Source: Podarcis melisellensis
Taxonomy: Eukaryota
Reading direction: 5' to 3' (one strand)
Length of the DNA: 64,000 nucleotides
Assembly: GCA_964234715.1 (NCBI GenBank)
Contig: OZ174276.1
The number at the start of each line of letters is the position of its first letter. Positions within the stretch are counted from its first letter, which is position 1. Position numbers and translations under genes: made by a program. The notes under the pieces are model-generated. The model did no database searches. It was given only the letters and a program-made list of their open reading frames with translations, and was not told where the DNA came from. Below, in pieces: positions 1-14,296 of the stretch.

Positions 1-609
1 TGGGACTTCAGGTTTCCATGTGTGGAATTTACATGTTCCAGTACTGAAAGTGAATTTTAGGGCATAAAACACTGTGCAGATTCTGAGGCAATCAGGAAAA
101 AAAGCTTGCACACAGTGAAACAATGTCTGTGATAGACCTAAAGTCTGGAGAGACAGCTGAGCTGGGAACAGAGACAGACTCTGTGGATCTCTTATGATGT
201 AAAATATTCTGAAATCCTAATCTGGATTTATCTGAGTCAACAGTGCAAACACTAGTTCCTTGGTGACAGCAAACAGGATTTTCAGAAGTAATTAAATAAA
301 ATCTATGGGAGGCTATTTGGATAATCTTTCAGTCCAAAGAGAAGCATGGCTTAGCAATGCTTGATGCATTGTTAGCATATCCATCAATTTATGGCAGTTG
401 TCAGTGATCCTTTCAGAACTTTTAGAAAACTAAGGCATGTTTGGAAACTAATTTGGCCTATAGGGAACAGAATATGAATGGGATTTGCACAGGATATGAA
501 GGCACATCTTGCTAAGCCATATATTTGAACATGATGTATCTGAAAATAGCTCCCACAGCTTGATCCACTGATTCAGAAAACTTTTATAATGGGAAAGAAA
601 CTGAAAATG

Positions 610-1070
610 CTGCCCACTGACATTATTATCCTCCTCATCTACTGTGTTTCTTACTCATCTGTCACCATGAGGTTCCTGGGCAGGTACAACAAGTAAAAAA
701 AGTTAATATTTAAAAAGTTAAAACCTAATACAATAAAAAATAATAGGGTAGGTTCTAAAATATATATCTCAGGACTCAAAGGCCAGGGTAAAGATGTGCA
801 TATGGCAAAACCTATATGCTGAAGGTGCCCAGTGCATAGCTGTCAACTTTTCCCTTTTTTAAAGGGAAATTCCCTTATTCCGAATAGGATTCCTCACAAG
901 AAAAGGGAAAAGTTGACAGCTATGGCCCAGTGAGACTGTGGGGGAAGGCATTCCAGAGTTTTAGGGGCTGCCACAGAGAATGCCCTCCCCTGGACTGGCG
1001 TCTGCTAAAATTCTGAGGAAACTGGAACTACCAAGAGGGCCTCCCTTGCCAATCTTAACACCTGAGAGGG
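610..1070 (-). mobile_element. Degraded L2-like LINE 3' fragment, interrupted by a MITE
   Basis: Motifs resembling antisense lizard L2 3' ends (TTATTAT start, 'ggggaaggcattccagagt..ggggctgccacagagaatgccctc'). Recognised by resemblance only; boundaries approximate. Confidence 0.4.
835..924. mobile_element. 90-bp hAT-type MITE
   Basis: 24-bp terminal inverted repeats (TIRs) CATAGCTGTCAACTTTTCCCTTTT / AAAAGGGAAAAGTTGACAGCTATG. Perfect 8-bp target-site duplication (TSD) GCCCAGTG at 827-834 and 925-932. Confidence 0.9.
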
Positions 1071-3450
1071 ATGACCTTATTATCATTCAGATGATAAGAA
1101 ATAACAGGAGTTGATTAAGGAAAAGCAACTTTCAAATATGTGGGGAAAATCAGAATATAAATCAAGAAGTGAACTGCTTTTATGGCTGATGCTAAATTTC
1201 AGAAATCAGCACCCAGGTTCTACATGTAGAACACATACTATAACAACTTTGTATCTTCATCCACAAATGCATCTATTGATGCATATTTCCTGAGGGAAGC
1301 AGTCAGGGCCAGTGCAAGAGATTGTGCCACCTGAGCCTCTGCAGCAGCTGCTGCTGCCCCTCTTGCACTCCTTCCCTCCTACTTTTCTTTTATGGTGGTG
1401 AGGTTTTCTGCCTGCCTGCCTTGCTCTCAGAGGTGGTTTGCTGCAGTGACGAGAATTGCTCCTAAACATTTTTTTGAAGTTTAAAGTTATAGTAACATTA
1501 AGCTCCACACAGACTCCGATTTAGACAGTGGTTTTAGCAGCAAGCCTTGGCAGTGACACACAGCCACCGCACACAGAATGGCTCACTTGGACTGAGGACC
1601 CCCTTGTCCCTTCCTAGGATGATGTAGGGAGGGGAAGCGCCTTGCCAGATGTGGTGGCAGGAATAGTAGCAGAGCTGGCTAGCAGATGCATATGGCGGAT
1701 ACAAGGATGCACCAATTTGCTGACCGCCTATATCTCCAAGTGAGACAACTGATCCAGTTTGCTTAATGGGAGGGCAAGCTCTGACAACAGCTGGTTATTC
1801 AGCGAGCGCACCAATAATCTGAATGCTGAAATATTTCTTGAGGTTCTGAACTATGCTTGGTATATTATTGTGAAAATACTTTATGAACTGCGAGCAGGTA
1901 TTTTGATTGCTTATTGATGGAGCCTGATAGTACAGACAGGAACTTGACCTAGAAATATCGTATTTATGATATAGCACAGTAATAAAGGTTTCAGAAAGTA
2001 AATGTGATTGAAATATTCATTGCAGCATTGAATCACTTGTGCCAGAATGGAAAAATACATTAGGGCAGATTCCTAGATGAACTGGATTAATATTGAAAGC
2101 CATTCTTCATATTAACCTCTCTGATTAGGCCATTTATTAATCTTTTCAAATAATTTATTAAAAGCATCTGCAAAAGCTGACCTGCTGCCAGCATGTGTCC
2201 TCCATACTATAACAATGTTTAGCCATAAAAGAAGATCCTGCTCTAAGCAGTGGGTCACCATCAGCAACAAAACTCTTGAAGGGGTGACACCACAAGAGTT
2301 TACTCGACAGCTGAAGACCACCTCTTTGCCTAGGCCTTTGGACCCTCAGACCATTGCGTGAAGAATGGCTTTATAAACCACGTAAATGTATTAAGAAGAT
2401 AAATTCTAAAAGCAGTAGAGGGAGATAGAAGCATGGTCATCTCCATTGGCTTCGATCAGCTCCATTTTGCTTGCTCTCTCCCTCAGCTCTCTTCTAGCAG
2501 CATTTCTCTCAGCTGCAGCACAGAGAAAGCTTGGGAAATAGGGCTTACTCCATTGGCTTTGCTGAAAAACTAACTGCCTTTGGTTTCTCCTGTCCCTCAT
2601 CTCTTTCCATTCCAGCTGGCCATTACACTTGACAACAGCTCGTGTGTAAGGAGAGCTTTCCTTTCACCCTAGGTGCTGGTTTGCAGTAGGAATCTCTAGT
2701 AATACTGTCAGAAATGTGTTGCTTTTAGCTGATGCCTTTCTTATGTGTATTGGCTTTTATATGGTATTATGGTGCATCATGTGTTTACCTCTCTTGTAAG
2801 TCACTATGTGTACCCATGGTGCATGGAAAGGTAGATTGCAAATATTACAAATACGCAAAAATTCAAAAACAAAGAATAAATGGTACACACTCTCACCACT
2901 TCAGGTAAGCAGCATTCTCTGTACGATCTTCGCTTGAATACTTGAACATTCCCAATGCATTTTATGACATAGCAGTGTAATATGTTTCTTTATAGTGTCA
3001 TCTTAATGATTTGGTGCTCTTCTTGACAACAATTCCGGTTATACTAATTTGACTGATTGGCTTGGCAAGTCTTAGTTTCATAGCTAACTGAAGGGAAAGC
3101 AGCTTAATATCTTTGAGGCATGTCTAACAATGAGCACACAGGTAGCACAAGTTTCCACTGAAGTGCCAAATCTGTATCTGCATCCTCTCCTTCCCCTAAT
3201 TCTGCTCTAGGGGGTTCCCCAAATAAGGTCCAGCAAATATGTTAGTTTCAGTTTCTCTCAGTTTCCATTTCTCCAGTCTTAAAGTTCAGTCCTCCCCTTT
3301 TCCACATCAGTTTGCATAAAAAATCCTTATGAAAGTTCATCAGCATTTTATTGTGGCTTTAATATAATATACATATTTTAATGCAATTTCCCCTAATATA
3401 GAAATTTTTTGCAAAGCAGTTTACCCTAATTTATTTTTGTATGCTATTTT

Positions 3451-3494
3451 CACTGTTACGTGTTATATTTCACTATTACATGTTATATTTCACC
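3451..3494. repeat. 20-bp tandem repeat, about 2.2 copies
   Basis: cactgttacgtgttatattt cactattacatgttatattt cacc. Confidence 0.7.
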
Positions 3495-4679
3495 TTGCCC
3501 AAATAGCCTCTTGTTCCACTTGTGCACAGATCATTGTTTGGAAGCCACTAACTTTCAAAGGGACTGAGTATGTATGACTGACTGCCCATTCTGAAGTATA
3601 GAGAACTGCGGTTATGGAACTTTAGGCTTGAACTTTCCTGTATTCTATTTTCTTGGGGAACTGGGAGCTAGACAAACCACAGGGTGAACTATGCTACATG
3701 TTTAATGGCATTGTCTATGCTTTATCAGTGCCTGGGACAAGCAACTTGTACAACTGTCACCACGAAACCATGACTTCAGTAGATGGATCATAGGGCATTA
3801 TGTGGCTTGCTGCATTAAAATGACATGGAGTCCTGGATTTTCTAGGTGAATTTACAAAGATACGTATACGCAGTGCAGCAACAAATTACTCAGCTGTATG
3901 AAGTTTCTATTTCCCCTTCTTGAATGAATCATAGCTTTCATTTTCTGATGTGTCACCGACAAGGTGGGCTGCGTTTGTGTGATCATAGTAGTACAAATCT
4001 TAGAGCTGAAATGAATTTGTAGTCAAAACTTCTCCTCAAACTTTTCTTCTGTGGATTTTGATGAATAATGTTCTTTGGATAAGTGACTATTTGGTGCCTG
4101 TTTGATGTTCAGCATCAACGTTTGACATCCAAACATTTTGTCGTAGCAAACCAACATTTGCCAGTATGTGACAGCTACCATACAGTAGTAGTTACTTTTG
4201 AACTGTATCTAACACCTAGCAGTTAGTCTTTGACTGAAATTGGCAGCTTGCAGTAGAACTTAGGTCATTTTATATCAACATGATGTACCCATCAAAACAG
4301 GCGATTTTCAGATTTTATTGCCAAATTTTAATTTTGAAATTCATTGGCAAATTTTGGGACCAAGGGTGGTAGCCAGCTAAATATCTATGGTAATGCAACA
4401 ACTTTTAGGCACACAGCATAACTTCCCCATCCTCTCCTCTCCCTATGTTCCCCCTCCAGTCAGCTTTGGGTTTTCCCCAACCTATTTATTTGAACTTGTG
4501 ACCTTTCAGTGATGTGTAGCCGTTATTATTAGCATTAATTGAATTTATAACCCGCTCTTCCTGAAGGAGCCCGGGGTCATCTCTACCAAACTGGTTTTAA
4601 CCTATTCTCCACTAGTAAGAAGGATGCATCATTTTTGAGACTTGGGATTGATTCCCGCACAGAGCCAGTCTATCAGACT

Positions 4680-4904
4680 CAGTGGTACCTCGGGTTACAT
4701 ACGCTTCAGGTTACAGACTCCGCTAACCCAGAAATAGTGCTTCAGGTTAAGAACTTTGCTTCAGGATAAGAACAGAAATTGGGCTCCGGCAGCGTCGCAG
4801 CAGCAGGAGGCCCCATTAGCTAAAGTGGTGCTTCAGGTTAAGAACAGTTTCAGGTTAAGAACGGACCTCTGGAACGAATTAAGTACTAACCTGAGGTACC
4901 ACTG
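4680..4904. mobile_element. Tc1/mariner (Tigger-like) non-autonomous MITE
   Basis: TIRs CAGTGGTACCTCGGGTTA / TAACCTGAGGTACCACTG, followed by TA. Internal repeats of 'ttcaggttaagaac'. Confidence 0.8.
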
Positions 4905-5702
4905 TACTTCCAGATGACCTGGAAACCTGAAGTTGTGTGTGCAGCATATACAGTCCATGACATCCTGATCTTGAATAATGTACCAAATTTTCAGGTGTCT
5001 GAAAATGGGACATATTGTCAATAGTCAAAACTCAAAACATGACAGGTAACCTTTGTATTGTTTTAGAGTTTATAGAGCTGGGGTTATTTTAAGTTGTTAA
5101 TCAATGCTGTACTTTTACTTTTATACTTCATTATTTTTACATTGTACACTCTATTGTTAGGTACTATCTTGTGGTAGGGGAAAATGGTCTATATATATTT
5201 GAAATAATAGCTGGCACTCCTAACACAAAGTAAAGGAAGCTATGAAATGTTACTGAACACAGTCTGGAAAAGTAATAGTAGCACATAAGCTTACCTGCCA
5301 AGTGTGTATGGCTAAAGCCCAAGGGAAACAAGCTCATTTCTCTGTACTGTTAACTTGTGCTTAACTTCCTTTCTTTGAGTAGTTTAGAATTGAGGCATTT
5401 CTCTCTTTGTACAGTCATGTTTAATGTTTGTTATTCTGTATAATTGGTCACGTGTGTTATAGAAGGGGGTCCTCATGACTATGGCTGGTTTTAGTTTTAT
5501 CCTATTTATTTTAAACTCAGCTGTTGTTTAAAAGGATTGTTTATTTTGTGCAAGATCGTTCATAAGTATGTTTGCAAAAAAGAAAAATGAAGTCAAGCCA
5601 CACTAGACTTGCTGGGTTGTAGCAGTTTTCCTCTCATAGCTAGAATCAGCAGCTTGGGTTTAGATTTTTTATCTTGTATTTTTATGCTGTGATAATTAAA
5701 TA

Positions 5703-5935
5703 CAGTGGTATATTGGTTTAAGAACAGCCCTGTTTAAGAACTATTCAGTTTACGAACTCTGCAAAACCAGAAGTAGTGTCCCGGTTTGCGAACTTTACCT
5801 CGGTCTAAGAACAGAATAGTGGAAGGGCACCAGCGGCAGGAGGCCTCATTAGGGAAAGCATGCCTCGGTTTAAGAATGGTTTCAGTTTAAGAATGGACCT
5901 GGAACGGATTAAGTTTGTAAACCGAGGTACTACAG
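5703..5935. mobile_element. Related, more diverged Tc1/mariner MITE
   Basis: TA-CAGTGGTA...GAGGTACTACAG-TA. Shares 'ggtttaagaa', 'gcaggaggcc.cattag' and 'ggacctggaacggattaag' blocks with 4680-4904. Confidence 0.7.
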
Positions 5936-8900
5936 TAAATATTTTCCATGTGTAAGCAAGTTGAGGTTGAGCCGAAACGAAGTAGGGGAAGTTTTTTTCT
6001 CCTGTCACCTAGGGCTAGATGGGCAGTCAAACATCTGAAGGTATCACATGGTGACAATGGTGGTTTTAGGGTATATTCCATTAACATGTTGTTTCCTATG
6101 TAGTTACTTCACTTGCTGAATGTACGCTTCCATCCAGTTACCTGTCTTCTTCCTATTTCCACCCCCACCCCTTTAGCTGCATTGGGATATTTGAGCTGAG
6201 CCTTAGCATTGACCTGAATAAAGGAAAGAGCCTGTTACATTAATTATATAGTCCCCGAGGAGAATGAATGCAGCAGGATTTTCAAAACGACGCTCTCATC
6301 ATTTTAACTGTGCGTTTACCTTCCCACATGACAGGGTGATGGCAGGAAATGGCTTGTGTTATGTTCTCAACAGATTTGCCGCAGAATCTCAGGGACATCC
6401 AAGCAGGGCTTCAGCCCTACTCTTTATCTATTTATCCGGATAGTTAAAATGCTCAGTGTACCATTTCTAAATCACAGGAGGATGAAAGAAAGAACAGAAG
6501 CCCCGTATCAAAAGGCATAAGCCTATACATATCCATAAATAAACATGACAGGCATCCAGTCCACTGCTGCCTTTTCAGTATGAGAAAACTGAAAGAAGTA
6601 TGGCAAGCTCTGCGTGCAGGGGAAACAGATACAAACAGATTGTAAGGGAGGACAAACAGGAGGAGAGTATCTGTACTGGATCAACATCCTACAGTCCAGT
6701 GTGTTTCCTTGTGAGGCCCACCATATCTTATGAGGTGGATGTGGCTTCCCTTCTGTAGTTCCATATGCCTCACACATCACAGTCAAAGAGCTGGCTTATT
6801 GGTTAAAGTGAACATATAAACACACTGTCCCATTGCCTTTTCACTGCTTCCTTAGGATTGCCAGCTCACAATGCTGCAGTAAAGACAGAATCCGCAGGTG
6901 GAAAATTATCCATCTAACTATTAAAGGGATTGGAGAATCCTCAGGGACTAGACTCAGAAAAAATAGGCTACCTAACTCCCCCGTCCATAGTCCCACAATC
7001 CATTTTCTCAGGCCTCTCTTTTTTTCCTCAGGTTCATGTAGTACTCTCTATTAATTGCACAATTTTCCTGTGGTTAAAATGCACGAGGGTCCAAAGTGAG
7101 CCTTGCAGAATGCCATGCCATGTGCAGAGCAACATTCTGCCAGAACCATCCTCTGGCCCATCAGGCAAGAGTAGAACTACTGGAAGCTAGTCCAGGAGGA
7201 TTATGTGGTCATTGGTACTGAATACCTCTGTACGTGGTGTGCCAGAAGGTGTCATATGAAGTCAGATATGTATGAGAGAAATATATGGTTGTAAAATGAA
7301 ATCTTGAGGTTGGAAAGGGCATGTTAATATTAATGTTGGGGACACAAACATCATTATGTTTCTCCACCTCTCCTATAGCCCATCATCCAGCAGACTTAAA
7401 AAGCCCTCATTATAGAGAATCATCCTCTTGGTAAAATACAGTTTAGCTTCTGCATTTCAGAGCTAAAAATAAAAGAACAAGAGAAGAATTTCAGCTGTTA
7501 TGCATGCAGCAGATGCACTGCACACAAGGGAGCCATTATGAGTAGAATAAGTGAATGCAATTAACAGCGCTGAAGTGACTAAGCATTCCATATAAAATCA
7601 CTATGGATCAAAGTGAAGCTACTTGTGCATTTGAAATGGCATCTTTAGCAACAGGAAACACAATACCAAGTAATTTTTCTTAATTTTAGGACATGGAGGG
7701 GGTTCCCTCCCCCATGTATTATTCTGAAAAATTATGCCTTGTCTACTACATGTTTTCAGAGAAAGACATTGTATAGAACCTCGTGATTTTAAGCTGTTTC
7801 TGTTGAGGGACAAGATGCTGATTTCATATTAATATTATCTTTTTGATCACTGCGGTGTTTCAGTTAGCTTGTTGAGATACATCTTGAACTTGACCTGGTG
7901 AAAACATTAAGCAAACATTTGGGTCCCCAACTAATATCCAAACAGTAACTTTTGCAAATGCATATATATTGGATGGAGATAAAGCAGTTGTGAAATGCTG
8001 CCTTTCTCCATTACAAAGAGAAATCACAGCCTGCCAAACACATGGACATTGATAGCACCTTCCACAGAAGCAACCACTGTGATGTAGACAAAAAGAACCC
8101 AGAAACTGAGAGGCTGCAATGTTCCCCATAGATGGCTATTTGAAAGCCCTTTTGCTTCTATCTGCAAATAGCCATCCTTTATGTTGTGTATTGAGTCAAA
8201 GGATTTTATATCTGTATTATTATTGTCTATCTATCAAAAGTGGGGAAAGGGTAGTCAGTTCAGTGTAGTGTAGTTTCCAGGCAGCTTCTTTGGGAGGTTT
8301 CCCTGTTGGGGTTTTTCATACTGCTGTGGATATGCTGTAACTGGATGCAGAGCTGATCTGAATCTTAAACTTGGTTGTGGTGGTACGGGCAGAGTTGGAG
8401 GAGGTTGTGGGAAGTATTCATTGGCTCTCAGTTGAGTTTGATGTGTTTTAACACGCACCGTCTCTTTTGTTGTCATAATGCCATGCTAACAACACTGCTC
8501 ATCTTTGGCTCTTCCATTGGAAATACACCAGTGTAATATTATGATGTATCTCTGCTGTTTAGCTGATGTCAGGTTTTACCTGTATGAAATGCCTAACATC
8601 TGGTGTCATGGGGCACTTCCCCAAACCCTAAATTCCCCAGCTTGCATAAATTGAACACAGAGGAGAAAGCTGATAATTACTTTGTTGTAGTGTTGTTGTT
8701 TTTTAGCTGCAAAGCATTCCACAGGCAAACATATTTTTATATTTTCACAACTTGCTGACACGTCACTTTTTGGTACACTTTAATTAGACCAAATCATGCA
8801 AAATTTACACCAATAGAACTGAGTCTTTGCATTCCTATTCCACCCATCCTCAGCAGAGAAGATCATCACAATGTAGGCTTTATTATGTTTTCATCTCATA

Positions 8901-9234
8901 AGGAGTACACTCTTTACTCAAGACCTATAATGCATCCCATAATGCTTTGATGAACATGATTCATATCTGTACTTCTGGTTGATGTCCACATAGTTCAGAA
9001 TCCATAAATACTTTGGGCATGGCACCATCAGAAATAACTTTTCTGTCTTAAGATTGTTTGGCTAATTTTGTTTCTTTTTTTCATGGTCTCTGGAGCATTA
9101 AATGGCTATCCTCTGCAGCCATTACCCTTCCTTTTGATGATAAAGGCTTTTCTGCACTGAAAAGAATAAGAAAAATAAATATTTGATGTTCATTTTCAGT
9201 TGCTGTTGTTAATAATAATCATGAATCCAAATCA

Positions 9235-9372
9235 GCCTTGTTTGTCCTCACAGCGATCCTGGGAGGCTGGTCAATGTTAATCCCATTTTAGAGATGGTGA
9301 ATTGAGGCGGCCACACTCTGACTTGCCCAAGGCCTCCTGTCCATGACTGAGTTATAATTTGAACATCTAAGG
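9235..9372 (-). mobile_element. MIR/CORE-type SINE remnant
   Basis: 'tcctcacagcgatcctgggagg..cccattttagagatggtgaattgaggc..tgacttgcccaaggcc' matches the antisense CORE-SINE pattern. Confidence 0.55.
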
Positions 9373-9377
9373 CTGGG

Positions 9378-9520
9378 GGAAGGGTTGTAGGTTTGCATGC
9401 AGAAGGTCCAACATTCATTTCCCCAGCATCACCAGGTAAGGCTGGGAATGTTTGCAAGTCTGAAACCCTAGAGAACTGCTGCTAACTAAGCTAGATGGAT
9501 CAACGGCCTATCTGTCCAAG
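9378..9520 (+). mobile_element. tRNA-derived SINE remnant
   Basis: 'ttgcatgcagaaggtcc..cagcatcaccaggtaaggctggga..tgaaaccctagagaactgctg..gctagatgga'. An antisense relative lies at about 38860-39030. Confidence 0.5.
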
Positions 9521-9777
9521 GTTGTAATCTTATGTGCACTGACCTGGGAGTTAGCCCTACTGAATTCAATAGGATTTACATCAGTCCATTAGACCATGGC
9601 AGTTTGGGGGTTACAGCAAAATCTGCTTTCCTCCACATAATGTAAAGTGGAAATAATTATGTTTAACTTAGAGAGAAGGTAGTATGTTGCATTCAATAGG
9701 AGAGATATCTTCATGCTGATCTTGAATGAAATGTGGATTTCATTCCTGGTTTGTTTGTTTTTTCCATCTTATTTCAG

Positions 9778-10206
9778 AAAAATGAATGGCTGTGTTTGAA
9801 CTGCCAAACTCAGAGGCTGCTAGAAGGAAGCCTAGGAGACCCTGCTCCAATGCCACTGCCTGCTCCAAAGCAACAGCCAACTGGATCCCCTCGACACCAA
9901 CCCGGAGGAATTGTTCAGCAACAGAGAGGAGCTCCTCAGCAACCTGAAATGTCGGCTCCTCACGACAGGCACCTTTCACAAGCAAACCATCTCAGGACTT
10001 CAGAACCGAGTAAATTACCAACCACTGTCCAAGACAGAAAGCCTCCTGCTCCATCAGAAGGAAAGCCACTGCCCAAACTACCCGAAGAGCCTCCCAAAGC
10101 TTCTGAAAGTCCATTGCCAAAGGGGAAAACTATGGCCACAAAACCAGAAGCGGATATCAAAGATAGCACAACCGTATCCGAGTCTCAGAAAACACGAGAA
10201 CAGGAG
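9778..10206 (+). CDS. BSN: Bassoon coding exon 4 (end of second zinc finger, Pro-rich linker)
   Basis: Acceptor tttcag|AAA and donor GAG|gtaagc. Encodes KNEWLCLNCQTQRLLEGSLG (Bassoon/Piccolo Zn-finger end). 429 bp, phase 0/0. Confidence 0.95.
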
Positions 10207-13200
10207 GTAAGCATCACTCCACTGGACACAATGGTTTAGTTAGAAGAGGGGTTTTTTGAGTAGCTGATACCCAACCTAAAAGCCAACAGGAGACAGTTTA
10301 TTAAAGTGTTTTTAGCTGGCAGTGAGGCAGGGGATGATAGAGACATGGTCTGCTATCCAACAGGCCTCTTCGCACAAATGCACCATATTTGCAGAAGTCT
10401 CTTTTCGGGTTTTTCCCCCCTTGCCAAGATTCGTTCGTCCACTTCATTGCTTGCTATTTTTAAAAACATCTCTGGGTTTTCGAAACACTAATGCCTCCAA
10501 GCATAACTGGATTGAACATATTCTAGTTTCAAAAATGTCTGGAGTTAATTTCAAGAGTCTTCTTAATAAATTAATGCAGAAAGCATGATTATTTTGGGGT
10601 GACATTATACTTTAACATCAACAACATAGGCTACTGTAACTGTAACAACATAGGCTTTTGTGTGGTAATCAGAAGCACATCACCAGGTGAGGTAGAGATG
10701 AAGGTGCCAAGATGGTGGGGAGGTCAGCATAGTGCAAACTCATTGGCAGAGCCAATGTGGTGCTCCTGCTGGTGCGTTTGCATCTACCCACTGCCTCCTC
10801 CTCCTCTGCCTCCAAATAAGCCACAGTGGGTCACCTGCCAGAAGCTTGTGTAGTGGCTCTACCCTAGCTGAAGTTTCTTCCAGTTGTAATGCTTTAGTCC
10901 AAATACAAGAACTGCCTTTCTGGATCAGACCAAGCAGGACATGAAGGTGCTTGTTATTTGTCTCCAGCATCTTTCATAAGTGTACCTCCTATACACAGAG
11001 AGGTTTCACCTATCACAGCACTGTTTTTTTGTGGGGCCAAGCACAGTAGGCCGGTGACCCTGCTGGGTGGTTTGTAATAGCAGAAATGATGGCAAGAGAA
11101 GAGTGTTTGTTTATGCAGAGTGATTTAAGGCATGTTTTACAGAGAAGACCTTTCAGAGAGTCTTTTTCCTTCCTTCTGACCCTAGTGTAATGCCTTTGCA
11201 GCCTTAGGTTCAAACTACATGTTACACTCATATGTATGTAGCTGCATCCTAATATACCTCTTTATGTTTTAAAAGCAGCTTTTGTGTGGGTGTGTGGCGG
11301 GGGTTATCCAGCAAATGCCGGTAGGAGTCAAAATGGCTACCTGTGAATAACATTTGCACCTGTGAAGTCAGTGTCTGTTCCTTTTTAATAGCATTCGCTA
11401 TTGGGTAATAATAGGGGTTACCGAGATCTAGCAGAGTTTAGCAGAGAGAATGAAAGTGCGAGCAGAGAAGGTGGAGTGTTAGGTGCCACCTGCACAGTGT
11501 GAGGCTAATTGTGAGATGCTCCAGAGAAAAAACAAAGGTGAAATTGAGTGCTTGAGGGATAAGTGAAAAGCTCTTGCTAGCAGAAGAAGCAGAAAGGTGG
11601 AAAGAAGGAAGAGAGAGTGCAGAGGGCAAGGCCCCAATACTCAGCATCAGAATGTCATTTTGAAGTTTCTTCTTTCCCCTCTCCTGGCTCCTCCCAGGAT
11701 GGACGGCAAAGATACTTCCCAGAGGACTTTACAGCAAGCTGGTGTTTCTGCTGTTCTTTATACAGACTCTCTTTGCTTCTGTTTTTAATCAGTTGTTCAC
11801 ATTGACTAATTTCAGTTTACTACAGTTGAAGGATCTGCCTTCTCAGCCCCCCTGAACTGCAAGTAGGGAGTAAGCATTAGCCTAGATGACATTTAACACT
11901 AATTTTGTTAGGGCTTTGTAGAAATCTCCAGTTATGCAATACCAATCCTGCTGCCAATGCTTTGATTGGGGTATTGATTAAAAACAAACTTTTATTTGTG
12001 CCACTGTCCCTTGCCTCAATCTCTTGGGCTTTCTCTGCAAAATTGTCAACCCCTGAAATTAAACTCCACAGAGCGGTTGCTGCCTCCAGAGACACTGATT
12101 AGCTGGTCTTTTGTCCTCTCTTGTTATTTTGTCACCTGGTCTTGGCATCTGAAGTGCAGGAATTAAGATCTTCAGCCTCTTGCTATTCAGGGCATGAATA
12201 AAATTCCCTTCTTGATCTCAAATTCTAATTATAAGTTCCACAAGTTCTGTGTGAAGATTTAAAATATTCACTGCTGTATGTGGGATTTCAGTCACCATAA
12301 ACTTTACTGGAGCCCTGGGAATAAACATAACGCTTAGCTGAACTGCAGCAACATTTCTGAAATGCCCTTTTCGACGCATTTTTGCTGTAAGGAATTTGTA
12401 GAAAAGAATGGAGGTGGAGTTTGTGCCACACAATCACAATGCCTTCTTTATCAAACAAAGACAAATGTCCATTAGGTATTTGCATGGGTGGAGCACAAGG
12501 TGGAGCAAGACTGCAAAGGAGCAGAAGGGTAAGTGTTTTTAGGGGGGGGCAGAATATGGAGCAGGATCCCCACTTCTGCTCTATTTATAGAGGCTGGCAG
12601 CCTGCAGGAAGCTGCTGAATTACTGGGGCAGAAGAGGCTCATTATATTTTATCCTAGGCATGAGCAAAGAAACCCTTAAGAGAGAGTGAGCAAAGGTGGG
12701 TGGTGTGAAAGGAAGAGGAAAGCTAATATTGAGTGATGCATATTTTTAGTTTTGAAGAAGCCTACTTTTCCAGCTCTTTGGGCAAATGTTTTGTTTAGTT
12801 TTGGGAGGAGGTGTCAGATCATGACTGGCTTGTGGCAGCTTTTGCCAAACACCTATTAAAAAAACCTAACTCTGTAGTTGCTTGGAAAAAGTATATTGCT
12901 TCCAAAGTACTCTAATTCTTTGGCATAAGAAGCCTCAGACTGCCTGCATTTAGTCAGGATTGTCAAATCCTGTCCTGATTATATCAAGGCCCCATTGCCC
13001 AAATGCTCTGCACCCTATCCATGAGAATTACATCCTTTTTTAAAAAACAACAACACCAAAAACCTCCTCTAAAAGTTTTGAATGCAATTTCCCTTTTACC
13101 CATTATTTTATGGAGAACGGTTGAAATAAATGCAGGAGAAATTGTAATCACAGGACTAGAACCAACAATGGCAGCTTAATTTATTTGCTGCACCAAGAAA

Positions 13201-14194
13201 TTAACAGTCTTGTTAACAGTGCCGCATCACTTTATAGTATATTCAAGATATTTAAATACTCTAATAGCCATTCTTCCACACCAGAGAATAATGGTCTTTT
13301 GACAGCTGGCTGTCAAGTTTGGGATTTCTTTTTTTACAAGTAATATTCTTGACAATTAATCTTCCAGCCCACATTTTCAGAGGTACACACCAAGCAAATA
13401 TTTGAACAAATAGAGCTGAAATAGAGCTGTACACACAAATTGGGTAGTTGCTGGGGCCACGAACAATGGTGTTCCAAACTTCCCTACAAATGTTCACCAG
13501 TCTGCAGATTTGTACATGAAAAGTAGTCAACTTAGGCATTAATTTGGAAATAGTGCTTATTAACAACTGTTAGCCATGATAGCTGTATGGAAACTCCATG
13601 TTCAGAGGTCCTGTACCTCTGAGGACCAGGTGCTGAGGCCATTACAATCATACCTGACTTGTGAGCTTTCAGAGGGCCTTCCTGGCTGTTGTTGGTAATA
13701 TATTACTGGACTAGATAAACCTTGGCCTGGTCCAGCAAGGTAATTCTTGTAGTCTTAACTTGTAGAATTTCAAGGTTTGTGCTCCTTCTTATTGCAAAAG
13801 GAACACTTATATTTTCACTAGACTTCAGGCTACAAAAAAATGCTAGAGCATACAACTTTGGAGCCAACCAGCCTTGGGCAAACCAGATGGTCCTTTTTAA
13901 AAGGAAAGGAACCAGCCAATAAGACACTGTCATCTTAGCCCCTGGGTTGACAACAAGAGAGCACAGATTTACAAAACTGCAGAGCCAGCTATTTGCATTT
14001 TACAAATGTTTTGTTTGTTCCTAGGGACTTGCTGAAATCCAGACCTGTCAGAAGCAAACAGATGCAGTAAAGCTTAGCATGTTGAAGACTTGGGCTACAC
14101 TTAGACATAATTTAATTTTTAAAGAAATATCTAAGTGTATAACATGAAATAATAAAGATTTTTTTAAAAGAAAGAGATGTAAATTGATCATAAT

Positions 14195-14296
14195 CAGTGC
14201 TGTTTTTCTAGAAAAAGAGGTGCTGGAACTCACCATGCCCACCTGAGAGGTTTTGGAACTGAGTTCTGGCGAGTTCTGGCTGGGGGAAAAGCCCTG
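14195..14296. mobile_element. hAT-type MITE, same family as 47989-48107
   Basis: Ends CAGTGCTGTTTTT / GAAAAGCCCTG. 8-bp TSD ATCATAAT / ATCATAGT (one mismatch). Confidence 0.75.

Noticed and set aside
1-9777. Additional genes or BSN exons among the short ORFs (also 22146-33732)
   Set aside because: No recognisable protein similarity. The identified BSN exons join in phase without extra exons.
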